In this document: in pieces, positions 45,506-55,766 of the stretch
How the letters are laid out: each line of letters starts with the position of its first letter
Numbering within the stretch: the stretch's first letter is position 1
Source: Acidimicrobiia bacterium
GTDB lineage: Bacteria > Actinomycetota > Acidimicrobiia > Spongiisociales > ZC4RG35
Assembly (NCBI GenBank): GCA_041751055.1
Contig: JBGSYD010000001.1
Span: forward strand, 121,347-185,346
DNA length: 64,000 nt
Reading direction: 5' to 3'
Notes under the pieces: model-generated
The model's input: the letters and a program-made list of their open reading frames with translations, nothing else
What the model was told of the DNA's origin: nothing
Databases searched by the model: none
Made by a program: the position numbers and the translations under genes

Positions 45506-47022
45506 GGGTTGGGCACCAGACGAACCGGGTTACCGATGATTCGGGCTTCCCAGGTGGTGCGGTCATGGGACGTGTTGAGAGCGAGGTTCATTTTCCAGAA
45601 GCAGTCGCTCGAACAGGTATATCCACTGGGTATGTCAATTTCCATGGTGATCCACTCACCGTTGAATTGGGCGGTTCCGCCGATGGTTGTCGCGATGGTG
45701 CACGAGGAACCACTGGTCGCGTTACCCGGTGGCCTCACGTTGGTCGCCGTCCAGCTACATGTGAAACCACTGACTCCGGGCGGCGCGAGCACGGTCATGT
45801 TGGCATTACCGGCACCTTCTCCGGGGTCATAGAAGACCAGCTCCAGGGTCTTGCCGGCGTGGACCGGGTCGACCTCGGCGATATAGACCGTGGCTGTCCC
45901 ACTGGGGGCGTTGGTGAAGATCGACATGCTATTGATCGCGTATACCCGGACCAAGGGGGATGTGGTGTTGGCTGCAGCGAGAATCGAGTATTGGTTGGTC
46001 CCACCCAGGCTGTTTCCACCGTTTTGGGTGCGAAGAACATAGAGGCCGGCCACCGGGTTGTTGATCCGGCACATCCGGGCCCAACTATTCCGATAGGTGC
46101 CCGAACTGGCTCCGGAGTTGATGGTCAGCGACGAGGAACCACTCGAGCACGTGACCGCCACCGAGTTGTCGTTCGGGATCAATGGGGTGCTGTCCGGCAT
46201 GTAGAGGTTGAACGTCATGTTGGTTCCACCAGTATTCGAGTTGGCGAGAGACTCCTCGTCCCCGGTCTCGGCAAACCCGGCGCGGTCGTAGAACCCGGCG
46301 TCGTAGAGGTAGACGTCGACAAAGGTCTTGCCGGCAGGCACTTCGATGGCGTGGTAGTAGTTGGGGTTGTAGCTCGGATTGGAACCCGAGCAGTTGTATC
46401 CGCAGTTGGTGGCGTAAGGGTCACCGTGATGAAGGTCGGTGGCCCGCCCCTGAATCGCGCCCCAGAAGTTCTGGGTGTAAGAGTTGCAGGTGGCGAAGGA
46501 AGCCGAGGCGCTTCCGGGCAACCCGGTGTTGGACACAGACTGGCCGATACCGATGCAGTTGGCGGGACTGCCCAGAGGCACTGGCTTGACGTATTCAGCA
46601 GTGGCCTTGCGCGTTATGGGGAATTGGTCGAATCCTATGGCTTTCAAGAAGAAGGTTCCGACTGTGGTCTCCAGCGTGACCTCCAGCTTGTTGTCGGCGA
46701 GCTGGGCCCAGGTCAGATCGTCGGGGCCCCCTGAGCCGGTGGGGTTACCATTCACCGTGCCGATGTTCCATCCGTTGGCGTTTGCGCCATCGACTGCTTT
46801 GGCTGAGACGTTCACGACGTCGGCGGGAAGGAAGACGACCCCCGCCAGAGCGGATGAGTCGGCAGCACGTTGCAGTCGGGTTCCGTTGAGATAGAGCCAG
46901 CCCAGATCGATTGCGAAGGCCGAGAAACCGAGGAGGACGACGAACATGCCGGCGACCATAGGGAGAGCAATACCCTTGTCGTTGCTACGGAATCTGTTGA
47001 TTATTCGCTTGGTGAGTTTCAT
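45502..47022 (-). CDS. TadG-like pilus protein with a large Cys/Gly/Ser-rich extracellular domain
   Basis: KG|IALP, AIDLG, LQRAADSSALAG. Confidence 0.85.
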   Translation of the reverse strand: MKLTKRIINRFRSNDKGIALPMVAGMFVVLLGFSAFAIDLGWLYLNGTRLQRAADSSALAGVVFLPADVVNVSAKAVDGANANGWNIGTVNGNPTGSGGPDDLTWAQLADNKLEVTLETTVGTFFLKAIGFDQFPITRKATAEYVKPVPLGSPANCIGIGQSVSNTGLPGSASASFATCNSYTQNFWGAIQGRATDLHHGDPYATNCGYNCSGSNPSYNPNYYHAIEVPAGKTFVDVYLYDAGFYDRAGFAETGDEESLANSNTGGTNMTFNLYMPDSTPLIPNDNSVAVTCSSGSSSLTINSGASSGTYRNSWARMCRINNPVAGLYVLRTQNGGNSLGGTNQYSILAAANTTSPLVRVYAINSMSIFTNAPSGTATVYIAEVDPVHAGKTLELVFYDPGEGAGNANMTVLAPPGVSGFTCSWTATNVRPPGNATSGSSCTIATTIGGTAQFNGEWITMEIDIPSGYTCSSDCFWKMNLALNTSHDRTTWEARIIGNPVRLVPNP

Positions 47023-47588
47023 CAGTCGAACACCTCGGGTTCGAGTCGGGTGATTGTCGATTCATTTACCTGGAAACCACCGTTGAACGGGGGAAGCCCG
47101 GACACCCACTCGCGGTCGAGGATGACGCGCACCCCGATGATGTCGAGCGGGTTCGTTCCAACTGCCGTCTGGCGCGAAGTCGGAGGCCACGGACCGGAGT
47201 TCAGAGTCCAACCATCAGTAGGTAATGCGGGGACGTTGCAAAGAGTCGGGTCCTGACCTGGCTTATAAACGGCAGTGTTGGTCACGCCCTGCCCACCCGC
47301 AGCGTCCGACTTGAAGATCTCGATACGGTCGATCCGGGCCAGGTCACCTGAAGTTACGATCTCGCCGATCCCCCTGAGGATGGCGCAGTCGGCTTCCGGG
47401 TCGTCACCCGCCAGGGCTCCGATGCGAGCGCCCTCTCGAGAAATGTAGGAAACCGTCAGATAGTCCTTGAACGCCAGGCCCAATTCCATAATGGCGATCA
47501 GGATCAACAACATAATGGGCAGGGCCATGGCCGCTTCGATCAGCGTTGCCCCACGGTCACCGCGTTTTCTCAGTTTGAGTCGACCCAT
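47022..47588 (-). CDS. TadE-like pseudopilin
   Basis: RG|ATLIEA, SREGAR, C-terminal RLEP. Confidence 0.88.
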   Translation of the reverse strand: MGRLKLRKRGDRGATLIEAAMALPIMLLILIAIMELGLAFKDYLTVSYISREGARIGALAGDDPEADCAILRGIGEIVTSGDLARIDRIEIFKSDAAGGQGVTNTAVYKPGQDPTLCNVPALPTDGWTLNSGPWPPTSRQTAVGTNPLDIIGVRVILDREWVSGLPPFNGGFQVNESTITRLEPEVFD

Positions 47589-47662
47589 AGTTCCATTCCT
47601 CTACCCCACCCGGGCAGAAACCACGCAAAATGACGGAACAACACGTTCCGTGCTCATGTTAC

Positions 47663-47688
47663 ATCGACAAAAGCTACGGAGAAGTTGA
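47663..47688 (-). promoter_or_regulatory. Possible sigma28/WhiG-type promoter
   Basis: Minus strand TCAAC-N15-GTCGAT versus the TCAAG/TAAA-N15-GCCGAT consensus. Confidence 0.4.
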
Positions 47689-47748
47689 GGAATTCGTAGG
47701 GGCCGTTGGACCTAAATGCCCGGTATATCTGGGATTACGGGAGTTTGC

Positions 47749-49230
47749 TCAGTCGATGATGTGGATCGGGTTCCCGATCATGTAGGCACGCCAGGTCGTC
47801 GTGTCCTGAACGTTTCCCGAGTAGACGTAGTTCATCTTCCACCAGCAGGTGGTGCAGGAGTACGTAGCCGGCAGATCCAGCTCGAATTTGAGCCACCGAT
47901 CGTTGTATTCCCCCGACGTCACCAGTTCCTCGCACGGGGAACCGGCCGGGATTGTTCCGGTCTGGGTCCATGTTGCACCGGGATTGGGTCTGGTGTAGAG
48001 CCGGCATTCGCCGCCGTTGAACACCCCTCCGGACGGGTCGACCAATTGAAGAGTTCCATTGTCTGCATCGCCGGCGTCAAACAACTCGACCACAAAGGTC
48101 TTGCCGTTATAGAAAGAAGGGACCTCGGCCAGGTAGAACTGAGTCAAACTCCCGACGGTGTTGTTGTAGATTGAGAAATCGCCGATAGCGAACAAATTCC
48201 CGCTCGAAGACCGGATCGAATAGCGGTTGAGGCCCGCACGATCGGTCGCACCGACAGGGTCGAGATGCCTGATCTGCAGGACGAAGATGCCGGTTCCAGA
48301 CTGAGTCCAGCAGCTCTGGCCGTCTGGTGTGACCCAGTTGTAGGCTCCAGCCGCGGGCGCCTGAGGCTGAGGCGGGATTGTGGCGGTGCACAACACGGCG
48401 TTATCGGAGACATCGAGGGGAGTCGGGTCGGGGGCGTACAGCGTGACCACCATTGTGGGACCACAGTCCGATGCGGTGCTTGGACCCCAATCCTCACAAC
48501 CGCGGTCACCCGTGCGGATCGGGTCGCCAGTTGGACTGCCACCGGAAGTGTTGTGGAATGCCAGGTCGAGCCCTTCGACGGTGAAGCTCGAGCCAGATTC
48601 AATTCCGTAGAGATATCCGGTATCCCTGGCAAAGGGATTTGTCGGACAACCAGGGTTGTCCGCCTGGCTGGTGCAGTGGGAGGCATTCGCATCTCCCATT
48701 GACCGGATTGTGTACCAGCCGTGGATGTTGGCCCAAAAGTTTGCGGTCTGGGCCGGGCAACCTGGCTGCGTCGGGTTGCAATTGTTGCCAAACTGGTTAG
48801 CGGGACTCCCCAACTTGAGTGGCGGGATGAACTCGGCAACGGCGCGACGTGAGATGGCCATCGTGTCAAAACCAATGACTTTGCCAAAGAAGGTGGGGAC
48901 GATGGCTCTGATCTCTACTTCAAGTTGGTTGGGCTCACCAGCCACCACACCCGAAGTAACGGTTATATCGGGGTCCGCGTCGTCGTAGCCATTGCGGAAA
49001 GCGATGTCAAACGCAGTCCCGTTGGCCGTTCCTACCGCGGCTGGAAGCCACACGACGCCGCCCAAGGCGGCAGCATCGGCAGATCGTTGGATTCGGCTCG
49101 CATTGAGATAGAACCAGGCGACATCGGCGCTCAGTGCCGCGACACCCATGAGCACAACGAGCATCGAGGCCACGAGAGCCATGGCGGCTCCGGACTCGCG
49201 TTTCCAGGCTTGCTCAATCAGTCGTTTCAT
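47749..49230 (-). CDS. TadG-like pilus protein, paralog of 45502..47022
   Basis: SG|AAMA, IQRSADAAALGG; FW..I.G, N.YSI, CW/FWKMN and D.TTW.A..IGNP shared with the paralog. Confidence 0.85.
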   Translation of the reverse strand: MKRLIEQAWKRESGAAMALVASMLVVLMGVAALSADVAWFYLNASRIQRSADAAALGGVVWLPAAVGTANGTAFDIAFRNGYDDADPDITVTSGVVAGEPNQLEVEIRAIVPTFFGKVIGFDTMAISRRAVAEFIPPLKLGSPANQFGNNCNPTQPGCPAQTANFWANIHGWYTIRSMGDANASHCTSQADNPGCPTNPFARDTGYLYGIESGSSFTVEGLDLAFHNTSGGSPTGDPIRTGDRGCEDWGPSTASDCGPTMVVTLYAPDPTPLDVSDNAVLCTATIPPQPQAPAAGAYNWVTPDGQSCWTQSGTGIFVLQIRHLDPVGATDRAGLNRYSIRSSSGNLFAIGDFSIYNNTVGSLTQFYLAEVPSFYNGKTFVVELFDAGDADNGTLQLVDPSGGVFNGGECRLYTRPNPGATWTQTGTIPAGSPCEELVTSGEYNDRWLKFELDLPATYSCTTCWWKMNYVYSGNVQDTTTWRAYMIGNPIHIID

Positions 49231-49781
49231 TGGGTCCCCCGTGTGTCGGGCTCAATCTGCATGATGGCGCGCTCAGTCCACGTCGTGGTCGGAAATGGGA
49301 AGAAGCCGGTGATGTCGCTATGTGTGAAGGTGACTTCTACACCAAGAACGTCAAACGTGGGCGGGACACGATCCCGGCTAGAGGGGGCCCATGGACATCC
49401 GTTGTCACACGTGAGACCGGTCGCAGGTTTGTCACATTGCAGGCCGCCCGGGCTCGGAACAAAGTGGTTTGTGGAACCGGCGATCGGGTCTCCATTGGCG
49501 TCGGCCTTGTAAATCTCCACTTCAACAAGATCACTGAACTGAAGGTTGCAGGCCGCCTCTTCCACTGCTTCGAGAATCAGGTCATCGGCGTCATTGGTGC
49601 CGTCGTCGAAGTTGGCGGCTGCGGCACCAGTTCGCGCGCCCTCACGGGCCGAGTTGGTCACCGTGATGTAGTCGATCACTAGAAACCCCACCTCGGAGAG
49701 GCCCACAGCGAGGAGGATCAGCAAAGGCAGGACAAACGCTGCTTCGATCAACGTCGCACCCCGGTCTCTGAGATCCTTCAC
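49227..49781 (-). CDS. TadE-like pseudopilin
   Basis: RG|ATLIEA, AREGAR, QIEP. Confidence 0.88.
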   Translation of the reverse strand: MKDLRDRGATLIEAAFVLPLLILLAVGLSEVGFLVIDYITVTNSAREGARTGAAAANFDDGTNDADDLILEAVEEAACNLQFSDLVEVEIYKADANGDPIAGSTNHFVPSPGGLQCDKPATGLTCDNGCPWAPSSRDRVPPTFDVLGVEVTFTHSDITGFFPFPTTTWTERAIMQIEPDTRGTQ

Positions 49782-50356
49782 GATCCAAACACCTGGGGTT
49801 CGATCTGGAAGTCAGTTTCGGTGGTGAAGTCAGAGGTGTTGCCAAATAGTCCCGTAAACCAACGATGGGTGAATTGGACTTCGACCCCGATACGGTCGGT
49901 GATGGGTGCCTCGATGTCGCGGGTCGCGGGATCCCAACCCGGGGTCATATAGGTGGCGCGGAATGGCTCGGGACATGGAGTCCAGTCACAACAACCGGTG
50001 AGAGTCCCGCCAGGGGAGAGATCGCTGCAATCACTACCGGGGGTATACATGTAGGAAGTCGAGGCGCCAGCGGGCGCTTTGAAGATCCTGACGATCATGC
50101 CGTTGGTAATCGCCACCGGGGCGAGGGTCGCCTCGACATCACGGAGGATCTGGATGTCAGCCGTCGGATCGTTCCCGTAGGTGGCGCCGGCCCGGGCGCC
50201 TTCGCGCGATGCGTGGCTGACTGAAAGCCAGTCTTTGAAAGCAAGGCCGAACTCGAGCACCGCCAATATCGTCAGGAAGAGAAGGCCGTAGACGATCGCG
50301 GCTTCAACGAGAGTTGCCCCTCGATCGTCTCTTCTGAGTTTGGACCTGCCCATCAT
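49778..50356 (-). CDS. TadE-like pseudopilin
   Basis: RG|ATLVEA, SREGAR, QIEP; GGAGG SD before MMGRSK. Confidence 0.88.
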   Translation of the reverse strand: MMGRSKLRRDDRGATLVEAAIVYGLLFLTILAVLEFGLAFKDWLSVSHASREGARAGATYGNDPTADIQILRDVEATLAPVAITNGMIVRIFKAPAGASTSYMYTPGSDCSDLSPGGTLTGCCDWTPCPEPFRATYMTPGWDPATRDIEAPITDRIGVEVQFTHRWFTGLFGNTSDFTTETDFQIEPQVFGS

Positions 50357-50494
50357 CCACCCTCCGCCCACATCAGCAAGGCAGAAAAATCTACGCGCAA
50401 TAGCGGAGCCCCGTCCTCCGCCAAATCATTGTGCAGGTAAGGATAGATCAAAGCCAGTGTTCTACAAGGGGACGATAGGCCCCATCGGTGACAA

Positions 50495-51256
50495 TCAGCT
50501 TTGGCTGGCAAGACGCCGATTCTTGAATTTCGACTTCACGTAGTCGGAATTCATCATGGCGATGAAGTCGATGGAGATCTGCTTCGGACAGGCCTTCTCA
50601 CACTCTCCGTGGTTGGTGCATGAGCCGAAAAAGCCCTCCATGGTGTCGACCATCCGTTCCACCCGGGTCCATCGCTCCGACTGGCCCTGGGGCAGCAGGT
50701 TGAGATGATTGATCTTGGCAGCGGTGAAAAGGTTGGCGGCGCTGTTGGGGCAGGCGGCCACGCATGCACCACACCCGATACAAGCAGCGGCGTCAAAAGC
50801 AGTGTCTGACACCACCTTGGGCACCGGGATCAGATTGGCGTCCGGCGCCGACCCGGTGTCGATTGTGATGTACCCGCCGCTCGCAACGATCTCATCAAAG
50901 GCGGTGCGGTCGACAACCAGGTCGCGTACCAGGGGAAACCCCGCCGCGCGCCACGGTTCCACGCAGATCGTGGCACCGTCTTCGAATTTCCTCATGTGAA
51001 GCTGGCAGGTGGCGGTGCCCAACTGGGGCCCATGGGCTTGGCCGTTGATCATCACGCCACAACTTCCGCAAATGCCCTCACGGCAGTCATGGTCGAATTG
51101 GACGGGTTCTTCATTCTGTTTGATCAGGCGCTCATTGAGGAGGTCGAGCATCTCGAGAAAAGACATTTCCTCGGACACGCCGTCGAGCTGGTACGTCTTG
51201 AAGCCACCTTCGGCGTCCGGCCCTGCCTGGCGCCAGACCTGGAGCGTGAGATTCAC
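50495..51256 (-). CDS. sdhB: Succinate dehydrogenase/fumarate reductase Fe-S subunit
   Basis: [33 protein letters not shown]; GTG start overlapping the sdhA stop. Confidence 0.95.
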   Translation of the reverse strand: MNLTLQVWRQAGPDAEGGFKTYQLDGVSEEMSFLEMLDLLNERLIKQNEEPVQFDHDCREGICGSCGVMINGQAHGPQLGTATCQLHMRKFEDGATICVEPWRAAGFPLVRDLVVDRTAFDEIVASGGYITIDTGSAPDANLIPVPKVVSDTAFDAAACIGCGACVAACPNSAANLFTAAKINHLNLLPQGQSERWTRVERMVDTMEGFFGSCTNHGECEKACPKQISIDFIAMMNSDYVKSKFKNRRLASQS

Positions 51257-53175
51257 TTGTAACTCCGGGTCGATAGCTTCACGTTTTCGAAGTCCAGCGG
51301 CTCGACGTTGAGGGCAGGGGATGAGGGGTCGCCGGTCCACTCCCACGCCGAGACGTTGGCAAAGTTCTCGTCGTCACGCATGGCCTCGCCTTCAGCGCTT
51401 TGGTGCTCCTCGCGGAAATGGCCGCCACAGGACTCCTCGCGATTCAATGCGTCGATACACATGACCTGCGCCAACTCGAAGAAATCATCCACCCGTTGGG
51501 CCTTTTCCAGACTTTGATTCAGGTTGTCCCCACCACCCAGGACCTTGACGTCGTTCCGGTACTCCTCGTGAAGCGCCGGGATCTCAGCCAATGCCTTCTC
51601 CAACCCCACGGCATTTCGGGCCATCCCGCAGTGTTCCAGCATGATCTTGCCCAGCTCCTTGTGGAACCAATCCACCGAGCGGGTGCCGCCGGAATCTAGG
51701 AACCGGTTGATGTTGGCCGTTACCTGTTCTGCGGACTCCTCGAAGGCCGGGTCATCGGTGTCCACCACAGGCTGGTTCAAGAACTGTCCGAGATAGTCGC
51801 CGATCGTCGAAGGGAGCACGAAATATCCATCGGCGAGACCCTGCATCAACGCCGACGCCCCGAGCCGGTTGGCCCCGTGGTCACTGAAGTTGGCCTCACC
51901 TATGGCGTAGAGACCGGGAACGGTTGTCATCAGGTTGTAGTCGACCCACAACCCGCCCATGGTGTAATGCGGTGCCGGGTAGATCCGCATGGGGACTTTG
52001 TACGGGTTCTCGTCGGTGATCCGTTCGTACATCTCGAAGAGGTTGGAATACCGCTCTTCTATCGCATCCTGCCCTTCACGCTCGATGGCATGTTTGAAGT
52101 CGAGATAAACGCCATTCTTGAGTGGACCAACTCCCTTTCCTGAGTCGACCATCCGCTTGGCAGCACGGGAGGCCACATCTCTTGGGACCAGGTTGCCAAA
52201 GGCCGGGTACATCCGCTCCAGGAAGTAGTCACGGTCATCTTCCGGGATCTCGTTTGCCTTCCGAGTTTCGTCGGCGTTTTTGGGCACCCAGATGCGGCCG
52301 TCGTTGCGGAGTGACTCGGACATCAGGGTCAGCTTCGACTGGAACTCGTCGGAAGCTGGGATACAAGTGGGGTGGATCTGGGTGAAACATGGGTTGGCGA
52401 AAGCGGCCCCTTTGCGGTGTGCCCTCCAAATCGCGGTGACGTTTGATGCCATGGCGTTGGTCGATAGGTAGAAGACATTCGAGTAACCGCCTGTGGCCAA
52501 TACGACCGCGTGGGCCGAATGGCGGCTTATCTCGCCGGTGACGAGGTTGCGTACGACGATTCCGACGGCGCGGCCATCTTTGACGACGAGGTCGAGCATC
52601 TCGGATCGGGTGTGAAGCTTTACCTTCCCGACATCGACCTGGCGCATTAGCGCCTGATACGCACCAAGTAGCAATTGTTGACCGGTCTGTCCCCGGGCGT
52701 AGAACGTCCTGGACACTTGTGCTCCGCCGAAACTCCGGTTGTCGAGGAGGCCGCCATATTCCCTGGCGAACGGAACCCCCTGGGCAGTGGCCTGGTCGAT
52801 GATATTCAGCGATACCTCAGCCAGGCGATAGACATTGGATTCCCGGCTCCTGTAGTCACCACCTTTGACGGTGTCGTAGAAAAGTCGATACACCGAGTCG
52901 CCGTCGTTCCGGTAGTTCTTCGCGGCGTTGATCCCACCTTGGGCTGCGATGGAGTGAGCTCTCCTCGGGGAGTCGTGGAATGTGAACGCCTCGACGTCGT
53001 ATCCGAGCTCACCCATCGTTGCCGCCGCGGAGGCGCCTGCCAGACCGGTGCCCACGATGATGACCTTGAACTTGCGCTTGTTCGCCGGGTTCACGAGCTT
53101 CACGGAGAACTTGTGGTCCTCCCATTTGTCTTCAATTGTCCCGGGCGGAACCTTGGGGTCTAACTGCAGAGTCAT
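51253..53175 (-). CDS. sdhA: Succinate dehydrogenase/fumarate reductase flavoprotein
   Basis: [42 protein letters not shown]. Confidence 0.96.
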   Translation of the reverse strand: MTLQLDPKVPPGTIEDKWEDHKFSVKLVNPANKRKFKVIIVGTGLAGASAAATMGELGYDVEAFTFHDSPRRAHSIAAQGGINAAKNYRNDGDSVYRLFYDTVKGGDYRSRESNVYRLAEVSLNIIDQATAQGVPFAREYGGLLDNRSFGGAQVSRTFYARGQTGQQLLLGAYQALMRQVDVGKVKLHTRSEMLDLVVKDGRAVGIVVRNLVTGEISRHSAHAVVLATGGYSNVFYLSTNAMASNVTAIWRAHRKGAAFANPCFTQIHPTCIPASDEFQSKLTLMSESLRNDGRIWVPKNADETRKANEIPEDDRDYFLERMYPAFGNLVPRDVASRAAKRMVDSGKGVGPLKNGVYLDFKHAIEREGQDAIEERYSNLFEMYERITDENPYKVPMRIYPAPHYTMGGLWVDYNLMTTVPGLYAIGEANFSDHGANRLGASALMQGLADGYFVLPSTIGDYLGQFLNQPVVDTDDPAFEESAEQVTANINRFLDSGGTRSVDWFHKELGKIMLEHCGMARNAVGLEKALAEIPALHEEYRNDVKVLGGGDNLNQSLEKAQRVDDFFELAQVMCIDALNREESCGGHFREEHQSAEGEAMRDDENFANVSAWEWTGDPSSPALNVEPLDFENVKLSTRSYK

Positions 53176-53179
53176 TTCT

Positions 53180-53908
53180 TCACTCGATCAACCCGAAGAG
53201 CACCGCCAAAGGCATGACGCTATTTCCAATGACGATCAGCACCGCGGAGCCACTGGCGAGGTAGCGACGCCAGGCGTTGAATCGAGGGTTATTGACGCCA
53301 AGACTCTGGAACATCGACCAGAAGCCGTGGTAGAGATGGAACCCGAGAGCGATCATCGCGATGACGTAGAAAAGGGTGACGGGTGCCCGGCTAAACGTGG
53401 CGACGAAGTTGGCGTAGACCTCCCCGTGCTCCCAGACCTCAGGAGCGGCAGGCTGGACACCCCAGGTCAGGTCGGCGAGGTGGAAGATCAGAAACAGCAG
53501 GAAGATGTTGCCGCTCCAGAACATCGTCCGACTTGCGTAATTGGCAGCGACGTAGCGACGCGGGCCGTGATAGTCCTCGGGGCGGGCATGACGATTCATG
53601 ATCGTCAACGAATAGGCGGCGTGGATGTGAAGCAGGAAGGCGGCGGCCAGCCCGGTGCGCAGAAGCCACAGCGTGACGGTCTCGGGGATGAATGGGACCA
53701 ACAGTTGGCGTAGGGCGTCGGCGTAGACGTCGATGTCAGGCACACCGTTCACGTCCGGGAGGAAGATCTTCCAGTTCCCGATCATGTGGGCGACGACAAA
53801 TCCAATGATCAGGATGCCCGTGACGGCCATGACCCATTTCTTGCCTACGGCCGACCGATAGAACTCAACAGGCCACATGGCCCTCTTCTCTTCGGTCTTC
53901 GTGGTCAC
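53180..53908 (-). CDS. sdhC: Succinate dehydrogenase cytochrome b subunit (single 5-TM anchor)
   Basis: SAVGKK.VMAVTG, conserved His residues (HMIGN, LHI, FHL, HLYHG); first gene of sdhCAB. Confidence 0.93.
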   Translation of the reverse strand: MTTKTEEKRAMWPVEFYRSAVGKKWVMAVTGILIIGFVVAHMIGNWKIFLPDVNGVPDIDVYADALRQLLVPFIPETVTLWLLRTGLAAAFLLHIHAAYSLTIMNRHARPEDYHGPRRYVAANYASRTMFWSGNIFLLFLIFHLADLTWGVQPAAPEVWEHGEVYANFVATFSRAPVTLFYVIAMIALGFHLYHGFWSMFQSLGVNNPRFNAWRRYLASGSAVLIVIGNSVMPLAVLFGLIE

Positions 53909-53973
53909 GATCTCACTTTGTTAACGCCACCCGGTTCTGTCAATTCTAGTGCCACCCGGTGGGTTGTCCTCTG

Positions 53974-55125
53974 CTACGGCCTGGCGCTCCGGTCATTCAG
54001 CCAAAGGTAGATGGCTGAGGGTTGGATCGTCGCGGCAACAACGTGTGACCATGCTTCACCAATCACCAACGGGTCGGTGATATCGCGGATGTCGTTGGCT
54101 AGCTCTTCTGACACCCTTTGGGTGTCGTATTGCCTCCGATTGAACCTGCGGTCAACCAGATCCTGTAAACGGCGGCGTGCCGGGTTGAACAGGAACGCAA
54201 CGACCAAGGTCGAGGCCGCGACCTGCCAACTGGTGTCATCAACCGGGATGACAGTGCCAAGCAGGGTCACCATGGCGAAGAAGGCGCCGGCAAGCAGAGC
54301 CGCCACGATCGCGTATGTGATAGTGCGTGACACGATGCGACCGATGTCGAAGAGGCGATATCTCAGGATCGCAACCGCAAAGGAGAGCGGGAAAAGGAAC
54401 ATCATGAGATATACCGGTGTCCAGGCGGCATCGCCGGGGTCGTTGCCGGTGAGCGCCAATGTTGCGCCGAGGTAGGTAAAAGTGGCAACGACGAGTGCCA
54501 CGAAGATGGTCAATGCGAACACTACCCAGGTCAACTGGGCCCTCTCCGTCCCTGAGGCACCGCTTCGTTTGACGATCAGTGAGATCGTTGCGGCCAACCA
54601 GATAGCAACCACGCCGAGTATCGACGGATACGTCAAGAAGGAGGGGAGGAATCCGATCGGGTTGACCTGGGCGCCACCCATCTCCGGCCCCCCCAATGTT
54701 TTGGTGAGAGCTGCCGTTGCAACCAGCACCGGGACGGCATAGAGAGCGATGCGACCGAGCAGTGCCAATACTCCAGGCCCGCGGTGAGGGTGTCCTGAAG
54801 GAAACGTAAGAGTCATCGCAGCGAACACCGCAAATACCGCGGTCCATGCCCAACTCCCCACCCAGAGGGCTATTTCGGGGCTGACGAAAGGAAGGCGGCC
54901 GGTACCGTCGGCGATCACAATGGCCAGACCGGACAGCGTGAGCAGCCAGCCGGTGAGGTGACCGTCGCGCTTGGCAATGATTAGCGCTCCTAGGAAGGCA
55001 TAGACGCCGAAGCCGACACCGCCGATTATTGGCTCACTCGGCTGTACGCCCGCGGCAAAAAACTGGGTGACGACGAGAGTGAAACCCACGGCCACCATCG
55101 AGCCGAACCCAATCCAACGAGGCAT
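53974..55125 (-). CDS. Polytopic membrane protein resembling a stand-alone sensor-kinase input region
   Basis: FPSG, ERAQL.WV, AILRYRLFDI..IVSR, P.RRRLQ..VDRRFNR..YD; no kinase domain. Confidence 0.72.
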   Translation of the reverse strand: MPRWIGFGSMVAVGFTLVVTQFFAAGVQPSEPIIGGVGFGVYAFLGALIIAKRDGHLTGWLLTLSGLAIVIADGTGRLPFVSPEIALWVGSWAWTAVFAVFAAMTLTFPSGHPHRGPGVLALLGRIALYAVPVLVATAALTKTLGGPEMGGAQVNPIGFLPSFLTYPSILGVVAIWLAATISLIVKRSGASGTERAQLTWVVFALTIFVALVVATFTYLGATLALTGNDPGDAAWTPVYLMMFLFPLSFAVAILRYRLFDIGRIVSRTITYAIVAALLAGAFFAMVTLLGTVIPVDDTSWQVAASTLVVAFLFNPARRRLQDLVDRRFNRRQYDTQRVSEELANDIRDITDPLVIGEAWSHVVAATIQPSAIYLWLNDRSARP

Positions 55126-55148
55126 CGTCCGATTTATAGCCTGACATG

Positions 55149-55164
55149 GTTACGGATTCGTTAC
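55149..55164. promoter_or_regulatory. OmpR-family (MtrA/GlnR-like) direct repeat
   Basis: GTTAC-N6-GTTAC in the intergenic region upstream of whiB. Confidence 0.5.
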
Positions 55165-55245
55165 GAAAATCGGCTGCGATGAGCAAGTTCTCGCATCTGG
55201 TGGGGAATCGTGAAGGCCGCCGGAGCCTAAGAATCTGATTCGGCC

Positions 55246-55274
55246 TTGACGCCGCGCGCGCCTACTCGTAATGT
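55246..55274 (+). promoter_or_regulatory. whiB promoter
   Basis: TTGACG-N17-TAATGT, followed by the palindrome TGTAATTACA at 55281-55290. Confidence 0.65.
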
Positions 55275-55310
55275 CATTGATGTAATTACACGGTTGTGAG
55301 GAGTTCCCAA

Positions 55311-55586
55311 ATGCAGAGCAAGCTTGTCGAAGCGCTTGCAGTCGGTGAGTTGGCCTGGCAGGACTATGCCAATTGCCGGGGGGCAGACGCGGATCTCTTC
55401 TTCCCGGAGCGGGGGGCATCTACGCGGAAGGCGAAAGCCATCTGTGGTGCCTGTGAGGTCAAGATCGAATGTCTCGACTATGCGATTGACATGGGTGAGA
55501 AGTTCGGGATCTGGGGCGGCCTCTCCGAAAGAGAAAGACGCCGGGTCCGTCGCGAACGTGCTTTGCGTGAACGCAAAGTTGGTTGA
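55311..55586 (+). CDS. whiB: WhiB family Fe-S transcription factor (WhiB/WhiB2-like)
   Basis: WQ..ANC, FFPERGASTR.AK.IC..C.V..ECL.YA, FGIWGGLSERERR; GAGGAG SD. Confidence 0.93.
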   Translation: MQSKLVEALAVGELAWQDYANCRGADADLFFPERGASTRKAKAICGACEVKIECLDYAIDMGEKFGIWGGLSERERRRVRRERALRERKVG

Positions 55587-55646
55587 TAACGCCCGATAGG
55601 TCGTAGGTCCCTCCGACACAAGCCAGAGGGACCACGACAACTCTTC

Positions 55647-55766
55647 CTAAGGCAACTGCACCACTTCGACCAGACCCGGGATCAATGCGTTTTGCACTGC
55701 CCACAGCGATCCGTCGTTCCCGAATGTGATTGCCGTCAGCATGTTGATGCCTGTTGCAACCTCGGA
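55647..55766 (-). pseudogene. C-terminal remnant of a ScyD/ScyE-like beta-propeller gene
   Basis: ...EVATGINMLTAITFGNDGSLWAVQNALIPGLVEVVQLP*; upstream part is only the antisense of the neighbouring gene. Confidence 0.5.

Noticed and set aside
45463-46734. Long antisense ORFs, e.g. 45463..46734, 10975..12135, 24168..25163, 18205..19215
   Set aside because: They are shadows of well-supported opposite-strand genes in GC-rich DNA and carry no motifs
45502-49230. Diversity-generating retroelement or shufflon acting on the TadG paralogs
   Set aside because: No reverse transcriptase or recombinase, and no near-identical DNA repeat pair seen
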